In this document: piece by piece, positions 1 through 6,915 of the stretch | Position numbering within the stretch: the first letter of the stretch is position 1 | Layout: each line of letters begins with the position of its first letter | Source of the DNA: Candidatus Micrarchaeota archaeon | GTDB lineage: Archaea; B1Sed10-29 | NCBI GenBank assembly: GCA_964579265.1 | Contig: CAZOFO010000017.1 | Coordinates: forward strand, 1 to 11,780 | Reading direction: 5' to 3' | DNA: 11,780 bases | Made by a program: the position numbers and the translations under genes | Notes under the pieces: model-generated | What the model saw: the letters and a program-made list of their open reading frames with translations, nothing else | Databases searched by the model: none | Told to the model about the DNA's origin: nothing

Positions 1-229
1 TTGTTTCTATTTTATCTATCATATTAGGGTTTATCATTTTCTTTATCTCTTCAGCTGCTTCCACTGGGTCTTTTTCTTTTTTTTCCGCATATTTGAAAGC
101 TATAGATGTGGATAGATCTCCCATTGATGGTTCTGGTGGCTTTTCCAAGTTTTTCTTAGTTATTTCAAGGTTCGTTGCTTTTTCCAGTTCTTTCTGTATG
201 GATTTCTTTATCTTCTCGCGGGTGTACAT
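1..229 (-). CDS. argS: Arginyl-tRNA synthetase, N-terminal part (runs off the left edge)
   Basis: Manual translation from ATG at 229: MYTREKIKKSIQKELEKATNLEITKKNLEKPPEPSMGDLSTSIAFKYAEKKEKDPVEAAEEIKKMINPNMIDKIET..., with no stop before the edge. The LE-x-PP-x-P-x-MGD-L-S-T-x-IAF-x-x-A-K-x-x-x-K-x-P-x-E-x-AEEI pattern is the ArgRS N-terminal domain. SD AGGAG lies at 236-240. Confidence 0.88.
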   Translation of the reverse strand, partial: MYTREKIKKSIQKELEKATNLEITKKNLEKPPEPSMGDLSTSIAFKYAEKKEKDPVEAAEEIKKMINPNMIDKIET

Positions 230-324
230 ATGGCTCTCCTAATTGTTTAAATGGATTAATAGTTATATAGGATGTGGTTAGTTTTCAAAGGATTTGTAAA
301 AAAGGAGGTTATAGGGTTCGATCT

Positions 325-708
325 TCACTGATACATCGTTTCGTCGGATTCAGTATCTTCAGAGGCGGATCCGTTGTTATCCTCTTCTAATTCTTCTTCG
401 GGTTCAGCAGGCATCTCAGGACCCATTCCTTGGTTTCCTAATTGAACCATCATTCTTTTCTTAACGTATCCTGATAAAATTATTCCAAGGAGCATCATAA
501 GGAATACTTGGATCATGAAGAATAGTACTAGGCCTCCTCCTATTGATAGTAGAAATCCTGCGACTTTTTGCCAGAAGGTTGCTGGACCTAGCCATGACCA
601 AAAGACTATCAGTACCCACAGAGTCAATAATCCGCTGACTAGGAGGGTTAGGGCTTTCAACCACTTTAAGTAGCGTGGAATTTGCATTGGTGAAGATAGA
701 TCATTCAT
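325..708 (-). CDS. Hypothetical membrane protein (2 TM segments, acidic disordered C-terminal tail)
   Basis: Hydrophobic stretches LTLLVSGLLTLWVLIVFWSWL and VAGFLLSIGGGLVLFFMIQVFLMMLLGIILSGY, then an EPEEELEEDNNGSASEDTESDE tail. ATG at 708 (MNDLSS..., preceded by AAGGGA) is preferred over the track's GTG at 744. A T6 tract follows on the coding strand (298-303). Confidence 0.7.
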   Translation of the reverse strand: MNDLSSPMQIPRYLKWLKALTLLVSGLLTLWVLIVFWSWLGPATFWQKVAGFLLSIGGGLVLFFMIQVFLMMLLGIILSGYVKKRMMVQLGNQGMGPEMPAEPEEELEEDNNGSASEDTESDETMYQ

Positions 709-805
709 ATTAATTCCCTTGTTGAAGTGGAATTTGGTTTCCACCTTAAATTAAGTGCAGGTATCTATAAAAAACCTTTGAAACAAGGCACTTAAAAGGA
801 ATTGG

Positions 806-820
806 AAAGAACTTTAAAGA
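806..820 (+). promoter_or_regulatory. Putative BRE/TATA promoter of the ATPase gene
   Basis: GAAAGAACTTTAAAG: purine-rich BRE followed by TTTAAAG about 50 nt upstream of the ATG at 871. Confidence 0.5.
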
Positions 821-870
821 AAGAGCACCTTACTAAAAACGGGAAAATTAACTAAATAGTGGTTTTTTAG

Positions 871-3135
871 ATGGCTTCATTCATAGGAAAAACAGACGAA
901 AACCTTGAATTATTAGAGGAAGATGAAACAAAAGCTTATATAGGTAGAAAGGGCTCCGTACATGAAGAGTACGGTGAAGAAGGAGCTTTATTACTAGGTA
1001 AATCAGTTGATGAAGAGAATTATGGACAATACATATATTTAGACGCTGTATCTCCTCATGTAGTAGGAATTACCGGCGCTCGAGGATCAGGAAAGTCGTA
1101 TAGTTTAGGTTGTATAGCTGAAGAGCTTACATTAAGGAATCCTAATGTAGCTTCAGTTATAATAGATCCTATTGGAATCTATTGGAGCATGAAAGAACCG
1201 AACAAGGAGAATAAAGAGATAGAGATGCTCGGAGAATGGGGTCTTGATCCAAAAGGAATAGAAGAAGCAGAGATATTCATACCTAGAGGGATGAAAGACG
1301 AGGTTCCAGAGAATACTTACGACAAGCTGTTCTCGATCAGGCCTGAGGAACTCACCACGGACGACTGGTGCCTGACATTCGATATAAAGAGATTCTCACC
1401 AACCGGTTTACTGCTTGAAAAAGCAATAGAGAAAACTAGAGAGAGAAAGGGAGAAAGATACAGCATACCCGACCTCGTAGAGACCATAAAGACCGATGAG
1501 GAACTCACCAGCAAAGAAGAAGGATACACAAAAGGAACTAGAAGAGCACTAATATCCAGATTCGAAGCAGCGAAGAACTGGGGAGTCCTATCAAAAAGAG
1601 GAACCACCTTAGCACAGATAGCTCAAGAAGGGAAAGTTTCAGTCATAGATACTTCCTTCCTCGAAGAAAATGTAGCATCAATGGTCATCGGTATACTCGC
1701 CAGAAAGATACTGAACGCGAGGAAGATAGTCACGAGGAAAGCAGCCATGGGTAACTACGATCTGGACTCCATCGATGAATTAAAAGAAGTGGAGATTCCA
1801 CCTACCTGGCTCTTCATAGACGAAGCTCACACCCTTGTACCTTCAGGATCATCAAAAACAGCGGCATCCGAACCACTGATAGAATACGTTAAACAAGGAA
1901 GAAGACCAGGATGCAGCCTTGTATTCGCAACACAACAACCCAGCGCAATAGACACAAAAGTATTATCACAGCTAGATGTAATGGTAAGTCACAAATTAAT
2001 ATTCGATCACGATATCAAAAAAGTTAGGAAAAGAACACCTACAAAAACACCTGAAGAATACAGAGAATCAAACTTCTTCAAAAACCTTCCAGTAGGAGTA
2101 GCTCTAGTAGGAGACAGATCAGAACAAACCAGCAGAGCATTCCCAATAAAAGTAAGGCCAAGATTCAGCCAGCACGAAGGAAGAGAAACACAGAGCATAG
2201 AAATGGATGAAAAGACAGATCCAGAGAAACTAAAAGAGATGGTGACAGAACTAACATACAAAAAAGTGAAAGAAACAGGAGAAATACCCCTATCAGAAGT
2301 GGAAGAGACCACTGACCTAATACAGAGAAGATACAGCACGGAAATAGACTCGGATGAAGTCATTGAAAAACTGACAACGGAAAAAAACTGTAACCTTCTA
2401 GACGGAAAACTGAAAGTACCTAGCTTTGATGAAAAACAGGATCTAGAAGTAAAAGGAAAGGAAGTAAAAGCATTCAAACCAAGGATAGGTAAAAAAGAAG
2501 CTGAAAAACTAGCAGAGCAGAAAAGAAAAAAGAAAAAACTAGGATTATTCGGAGAAGAAGAAGAAATGAAAGAACTTGAATTAGATTACAAAATAGCTTA
2601 CAAAGTCGAACTCGAAAAGAAGCTGAGCAACGGATTCAAACCCCTATCAATACTTGTTGACAGCGACTACAGAGTCTACTACATGGACGGAGATCTTAAA
2701 AACACTCCATCACTAGAAAAACTACTTGGATTGAACAGGAAAAAAGTAAAAGCCCTCAACATACTGAAAAACTCGCATAACATAAAAGAATTAGTGGAAA
2801 AAATGGACGTAACAAGACAAACCATAAAAAAATACTTGGAAGAATTCAAAGAAAAAGACCTGATAAGAGAAACAGGAGACGGAAGGTACCAGACCAATAT
2901 CAAGATGCCCGACAAGCTGGACGATCCTGAAGTAACCGGAATAGAATCAAAATTCGCATTTGAAACCAAAGAAAAGAACATAGAAACAAAGATGGATGAA
3001 GATAAACTAGCTTCACTTCCCTCACTCTACATGGAATGCAACCTGAAGAACGTTGAACCAATACTAATACCCGTATGGAAAGCTACTTATAAAAAAGACG
3101 GAAAGGAGAGGACAGTTGAGATACAGGCAGTATAA
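871..3135 (+). CDS. HerA/FtsK-superfamily (DUF87-type) P-loop ATPase fused to a C-terminal region containing a winged helix-turn-helix
   Basis: HVVGITGARGSGKS (Walker A), IIDPIGIY, WLFIDEAH (Walker B), KQGRRPG (HerA REGRK-G equivalent) and ATQQP motifs. The C-terminal segment KALNILKNSHNIKELVEKMDVTRQTIKKYLEEFKEKDLIRETGDGRY (about 2731-2895) is a typical wHTH. Confidence 0.88.
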   Translation: MASFIGKTDENLELLEEDETKAYIGRKGSVHEEYGEEGALLLGKSVDEENYGQYIYLDAVSPHVVGITGARGSGKSYSLGCIAEELTLRNPNVASVIIDPIGIYWSMKEPNKENKEIEMLGEWGLDPKGIEEAEIFIPRGMKDEVPENTYDKLFSIRPEELTTDDWCLTFDIKRFSPTGLLLEKAIEKTRERKGERYSIPDLVETIKTDEELTSKEEGYTKGTRRALISRFEAAKNWGVLSKRGTTLAQIAQEGKVSVIDTSFLEENVASMVIGILARKILNARKIVTRKAAMGNYDLDSIDELKEVEIPPTWLFIDEAHTLVPSGSSKTAASEPLIEYVKQGRRPGCSLVFATQQPSAIDTKVLSQLDVMVSHKLIFDHDIKKVRKRTPTKTPEEYRESNFFKNLPVGVALVGDRSEQTSRAFPIKVRPRFSQHEGRETQSIEMDEKTDPEKLKEMVTELTYKKVKETGEIPLSEVEETTDLIQRRYSTEIDSDEVIEKLTTEKNCNLLDGKLKVPSFDEKQDLEVKGKEVKAFKPRIGKKEAEKLAEQKRKKKKLGLFGEEEEMKELELDYKIAYKVELEKKLSNGFKPLSILVDSDYRVYYMDGDLKNTPSLEKLLGLNRKKVKALNILKNSHNIKELVEKMDVTRQTIKKYLEEFKEKDLIRETGDGRYQTNIKMPDKLDDPEVTGIESKFAFETKEKNIETKMDEDKLASLPSLYMECNLKNVEPILIPVWKATYKKDGKERTVEIQAV

Positions 3136-3152
3136 AATATTGAGGTTAAAAT

Positions 3153-3377
3153 ATGGAAATAGATCTGCGTCTCACAACTCTCATAGGAGTTTTGTTAATA
3201 ATACTAGGAGCTCTATTCGTTCTAGCTCCAATCATAACTCGTTACATAACTATTGATGATATTCCATCCTGGCTGCTATTCGTTTATAAAAGAGGTAGTT
3301 TTTACTTTGTTACTTCCCCTATCCTGATTCTAATATTTGTAGTTCTATTTATCTGGAGAATCTTAAATAGTTTATAA
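3153..3377 (+). CDS. Small 2-TM membrane protein (loosely DUF2905-like)
   Basis: 74 aa with two hydrophobic helices flanking IPSWLLFVYKRGSFYFVTSP. SD GAGGT at 3142-3146; starts 17 nt after the ATPase stop, so probably co-transcribed. Confidence 0.75.
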   Translation: MEIDLRLTTLIGVLLIILGALFVLAPIITRYITIDDIPSWLLFVYKRGSFYFVTSPILILIFVVLFIWRILNSL

Positions 3378-3450
3378 TTCTATATCTTTTATTCAATTCT
3401 AATCTCTTAACTATAATTATTTTTCTATTTTTTATTTCGTTTTTTATCTT
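3378..3450 (+). terminator. Probable T-rich termination zone between convergent genes
   Basis: Multiple oligo-T runs (TCTTTT, ATTTTT, TTTTTTT) follow the stop of the 74-aa gene; archaeal termination commonly occurs at U-tracts. Confidence 0.3.
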
Positions 3451-4117
3451 TTCTTCTCCTTATGTGTCTGTCTTTTCTGTGTTTTTGTACTCCTATCCGT
3501 GTTTCAGGAGGATGAGAGGATTTACTTCCTTTTTGAAGTTCATTAATTTCTTTTTGTAGTTTTTCTGTTTCTTTAGCTAATTCTTTTGCTTCTTCGTATT
3601 CTTCTGGTGCAAGGGCTTCTCCTGATAATATCTCAGTTATTTCTTCCAGTTCTTGAATACCTTCTTTTTCCAGTTTTTCCTTTTTTTCTTTTGTTTTTTC
3701 TAAATTCTCCTCAGTTTCTTTTGCTCTCTCTTTAGCAACTCTCTCTTCTTTTTTCATCTCTTTAGATATCTCATCGTATACTTCTTTTGCCTTTTCTCTT
3801 TTTTTCTCCAATTCTTCCTGGCTCATTCCTTCTATTTTTTCTTCTTTTTCAACCTCGCCCTTTAATTCTTTTTCAGTAATTTCTGATCTTTTTTCAGCTA
3901 CTTCTCGCCTGTCTTTTTTCTCTCCAACTTCTTCTTTATACGTTCTCTGTGCTGTTTCGAATCTATTTATACTCTTTTCCATTTTTTTGGCTAATTCCAT
4001 CTCCTTCTTTCTTTTTTGTTCTTTCAATTTCTCTAGCCTATTCTTCTTCTTTTGAAATTCCTTTTCTTTTTTAGAAGTTTGTTTTCTTTTTCTTCCTGCT
4101 CTTCTTCTTCTATTCAT
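3425..4117 (-). CDS. Hypothetical highly charged coiled-coil protein with Arg/Lys-rich N- and C-termini
   Basis: 230-aa ATG ORF that fills the gap. Its A-rich coding strand matches the other genes. E/K-rich helical core with termini MNRRRRAGRKRK and HRKDRHIRRRKDKKRNKK. TATA-like elements lie upstream (4161-4195). Confidence 0.7.
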   Translation of the reverse strand: MNRRRRAGRKRKQTSKKEKEFQKKKNRLEKLKEQKRKKEMELAKKMEKSINRFETAQRTYKEEVGEKKDRREVAEKRSEITEKELKGEVEKEEKIEGMSQEELEKKREKAKEVYDEISKEMKKEERVAKERAKETEENLEKTKEKKEKLEKEGIQELEEITEILSGEALAPEEYEEAKELAKETEKLQKEINELQKGSKSSHPPETRIGVQKHRKDRHIRRRKDKKRNKK

Positions 4118-4206
4118 ATGGAAAAACCTTTTGTATTGGAAACTGTTAGGATTATATAATTACTGCAAATATATAAGGGGAGGGGTGTTTAAAAGAAATT
4201 TCTCAG

Positions 4207-4611
4207 TTATCGGTCAATTATCTGTACATATACTTTTCTTTCTTTTCTCGGTCCATCGGTTTCTACAAAAGAGATGTCTTGCCATGTACCTAGTTTTATT
4301 TCTCCGTTTTCTATTGGTACTGTTTCGCTGCATCCTAAGAAAGTTGACATTAGGTGGGAATGAGCGTTATTATCGATGCAGTCGTGTTCGTATCCTGCAT
4401 TTTTTGGAAATATATCTTTCAGTTTGTTTATTATATCCTTTTGAACGTTTGGGTCGGCTGATTCGTTTATTATTACTGCTCCGGTCGCGTGTGGAGCGTA
4501 TACATGTAGAATTCCATCTTCTACATCAATTTTACCTGTTTTTTTCTTTATTTTATCGGTTAATTGTATTACTTCCATTTCTTTATTGGTTGAAAAGGTT
4601 ATTTTTTTCAT
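4207..4611 (-). CDS. yjbQ: YjbQ / UPF0047 family protein (secondary thiamine-phosphate synthase family)
   Basis: Motifs PHATGAVIINE, NAHSHL and LGTWQDISFVETDGPR. The start overlaps the upstream stop (ATGA at 4608-4611). Confidence 0.93.
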   Translation of the reverse strand: MKKITFSTNKEMEVIQLTDKIKKKTGKIDVEDGILHVYAPHATGAVIINESADPNVQKDIINKLKDIFPKNAGYEHDCIDNNAHSHLMSTFLGCSETVPIENGEIKLGTWQDISFVETDGPRKERKVYVQIIDR

Positions 4612-4952
4612 TTTTTTCTCCTTTTTCTTTTTTTAGCTTCTTCTCTGGTTTCTATCCCTAGTTTTTTTCTTTCTTTTTCTATTTCTTCAAATCTTTTTCT
4701 TATCTTTCTTCTTTCTTCAGGAGTTGTATTCTCTTTTATCTCTTTTATAATTTCGGATTTGGTTTTTTTAACCCCTGTGAGGTCTTTGATTGCATCTATT
4801 TTTTCTTCAACTTTTTCTATTTTATTTTTTAATTCTTTTATCTTTTTTGAATTGCTTTCTTCTTCTATTGTTTTATTTATTTCTTTCTTTTTCTCTTTGT
4901 ACTCTTCCAGTTTCTCTGCAGGGTTTTTTAAAGCTTCTTCTAGTTCTTTCAT
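4608..4952 (-). CDS. Hypothetical small coiled-coil protein with a basic C-terminal tail
   Basis: 114-aa K/E-rich ORF with ATGA overlaps to both aspS (4949-4952) and yjbQ (4608-4611), strong evidence that it is a real, translationally coupled gene. Confidence 0.8.
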   Translation of the reverse strand: MKELEEALKNPAEKLEEYKEKKKEINKTIEEESNSKKIKELKNKIEKVEEKIDAIKDLTGVKKTKSEIIKEIKENTTPEERRKIRKRFEEIEKERKKLGIETREEAKKRKRRKK

Positions 4953-6262
4953 GGTTTCAGTCTCTTTAGATCTCTTGGGAATGGTATTGCTTCTCTTATG
5001 TTTTCCAAGTTTAGCATTTGCTGGATTATTCTGTCGAATCCTGTTCCCATTCCTCCGTGTGGTGGCATTCCGTATTTGAATGCGTTGAGGTAGTGTTCGA
5101 AGTCCTCTGGGTTTAGTCCTTGTTCTTCTATATTTTTTATTAATTTTTGTGGTCTGTGTTCTCTTTGTCCTCCGCTGGTTATTTCTATTCCTTTGTAGTC
5201 GAGGTCGAAGGAGTGGCTGTAGTACGGTTCTTCGTCTTTTCTCATGATGTAGAATGGTTTTTCTTCAGATGGGTATTCCGTGATGTAGTATAATTCGTGT
5301 CCTTCTCTTTCCATTACTTTTCCGAGTATTTTCTCTGCTTCTGTGTCCAGGTCTTTTCCTCTTGGTATTTCTTTTCCTTCTTCTTTTAGGAGTTCTCTTG
5401 CTTTTTCGTATTTTATTCTTTTGAAAGGTGTTTCAGGGGTCTTTAGATCTATTTCTAGTTCTTCCAGGTATGGTTCGGTTTTATTTTTTACGTGTTGGAT
5501 TACTTCTTTCATTGTTTCTTCCAGTGTTTTCAGAACGTCTTCTTGGCTGTCTATGAATGCCATTTCAAAGTCCCATGATGTGAATTCGGATGTGTGTCTT
5601 GTTGTGTCTGTTTTTTCTGCTCTGAAGTAGTTTCCTATTTCGTATATTCTGTCTAAGTTTGTTGCCATGAGGATCTGTTTGTATAGCTGTGGTGATTGAG
5701 CTAGATATGCTTCTTCTTCAAAGTATTCTACTGGGAAAAGGGTTGATCCTCCTTCTACTCCTTCGCTTATTATTTTTGGTGTTTGCATTTCAACGAAATC
5801 TCTTTTTTCCATGCTATTTCTTATAGCTGTTAGTGTGGAGTCTCTTATCTGGAATATTGATCCTTTTTCAGGTTTTCTAAGGTCTATGAATCTTTTATCG
5901 AGCCTTGTATCTAGTTTGCTTTCTACATCTTCCTCTAGTTCTAGTGGTAGTGGTGTTTCTGCCTTGTTGAGAACGTTTATCTCTGTTGGAGTTATCTCTA
6001 CTCCTTTGTCTGTTTGGTCTGTTTTCTTTACTTCTCCTGTTATTGCTACTACTGATTCTTGTGTTATTTCTTTTGCTTTTTTGAATATTTTTTCTGGTTC
6101 TCTTTCTTTTTTTACAGTTACTTGTATTTTTCCTTGGTTATCTCTTATTTTTAAGAATATTATTTTTCCAAGATCTCTTTTAGTATCTACCCATCCTGCT
6201 ATGGTGGTCTCTTCTCCTTCTGTTTCAGGTTTTATTTCTCCTGAAAACTTTTTTCTTATCAT
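4949..6262 (-). CDS. aspS: Aspartyl-tRNA synthetase, archaeal type
   Basis: 437 aa: OB-fold N-terminus (AGWV..RDLG..F..IRD), RLDKRFIDLR, AYLAQSPQLYKQ (Asp-specific), motif 2 FRAE...RH..EF, EITSGGQREH, and motif 3 YGMPPHGG.G.GFDR...NIREAIPFPRD. SD AGGAGA at 6271-6276. Confidence 0.96.
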   Translation of the reverse strand: MIRKKFSGEIKPETEGEETTIAGWVDTKRDLGKIIFLKIRDNQGKIQVTVKKEREPEKIFKKAKEITQESVVAITGEVKKTDQTDKGVEITPTEINVLNKAETPLPLELEEDVESKLDTRLDKRFIDLRKPEKGSIFQIRDSTLTAIRNSMEKRDFVEMQTPKIISEGVEGGSTLFPVEYFEEEAYLAQSPQLYKQILMATNLDRIYEIGNYFRAEKTDTTRHTSEFTSWDFEMAFIDSQEDVLKTLEETMKEVIQHVKNKTEPYLEELEIDLKTPETPFKRIKYEKARELLKEEGKEIPRGKDLDTEAEKILGKVMEREGHELYYITEYPSEEKPFYIMRKDEEPYYSHSFDLDYKGIEITSGGQREHRPQKLIKNIEEQGLNPEDFEHYLNAFKYGMPPHGGMGTGFDRIIQQMLNLENIREAIPFPRDLKRLKP

Positions 6263-6291
6263 TTGATTCTTCTCCTGTAAATGCCAGTTTT

Positions 6292-6804
6292 TTATATGTA
6301 CTTTACTTTGTATTCTTCTCCGGTTATTTTATTTATGGATTTTTCTATTTTTTCCAGGCTCATGTTGTGTTCGTTTTTCTTTTCTTTTGGTATGGTTATG
6401 TATTTTTCGGTTTCGTTTCCTGGTTTGTAGAGTTTGTTTATGCCGCATGCTCTTGCTGGTGTTGCCAGATCATTGGTTATCTGTATTAGGTCACCGTTTT
6501 TTATTACTCTTACATCTTTTCCCAGTTTATCGGATATCAGTCTTATTATTCTTCCTCCTTTTCCAATGAAGTTTGCTGGGTTTCCTTCCACTAGCGCTAG
6601 GACTATTTCCTCGTTTTCTTCTTCGAGTGTTTCTGTTTTGGCTAGTCCAACGTCTTCTGGTATTGTTTCTTTTTTTCTCAGTTTGTAGAGTATCTTGCTC
6701 AGTTCCACGTCGTTTTTATTGATTTTTCCGGATTCGAGTTTTTCCCTGCATTCGGTGCAGAGTTCTCCTTTTTCCGCGTCTTCCGTGCATATAGGTAGTT
6801 TCAT
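6292..6804 (-). CDS. Archaeal NusA paralog (NusA2-like: N-terminal Zn finger plus KH domains)
   Basis: N-terminus MKLPICTED...LCTECREKLESGKI...DVELSKIL is typical of the archaeal NusA-like Zn-finger family. KH signature IGKGGRIIRLISDKLGKDVRVI; a second, degenerate KH-like domain follows. Confidence 0.85.
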   Translation of the reverse strand: MKLPICTEDAEKGELCTECREKLESGKINKNDVELSKILYKLRKKETIPEDVGLAKTETLEEENEEIVLALVEGNPANFIGKGGRIIRLISDKLGKDVRVIKNGDLIQITNDLATPARACGINKLYKPGNETEKYITIPKEKKNEHNMSLEKIEKSINKITGEEYKVKYI

Positions 6805-6886
6805 GATTAGGATTAAGGTAATATTAAAATAAAAAGTAAAGGGTTGGGAAAGAGAGTAACTCCCATCAAGGTTTCCAGGTTGTAGT

Positions 6887-6900
6887 GGTTTAAGGGTTTC
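6887..6900 (-). promoter_or_regulatory. Putative BRE/TATA promoter upstream of the nusA-like-aspS operon
   Basis: The minus strand reads GAAACCCTTAAACC, matching the archaeal BRE + TATA consensus. A similar element, GAAACCTTTATCCC, precedes lhr. Confidence 0.5.
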
Positions 6901-6915
6901 TGTGTACTGCTTTTT

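Noticed and set aside
461..664. 67-aa alternative-frame ORF inside the membrane-protein gene
   Set aside because: Fully nested, with no recognisable features or SD; the 2-TM frame is more protein-like.
871..3135. Canonical herA of the HerA-NurA-Mre11-Rad50 pathway, or a HerA anti-phage system (e.g. Sir2-HerA)
   Set aside because: No adjacent nurA/mre11/rad50 or nuclease/Sir2 effector, no evident HAS barrel and an atypical C-terminal extension; gene symbol withheld.
4949..6262. AsnRS or LysRS instead of AspRS
   Set aside because: QSPQLYKQ and GGQREH are AspRS-type signatures.
6830..6875. Box C/D sRNA or tRNA fragment in the alba-nusA gap
   Set aside because: Only an imperfect box C (UUGAUGG), no CUGA box D and no cloverleaf.
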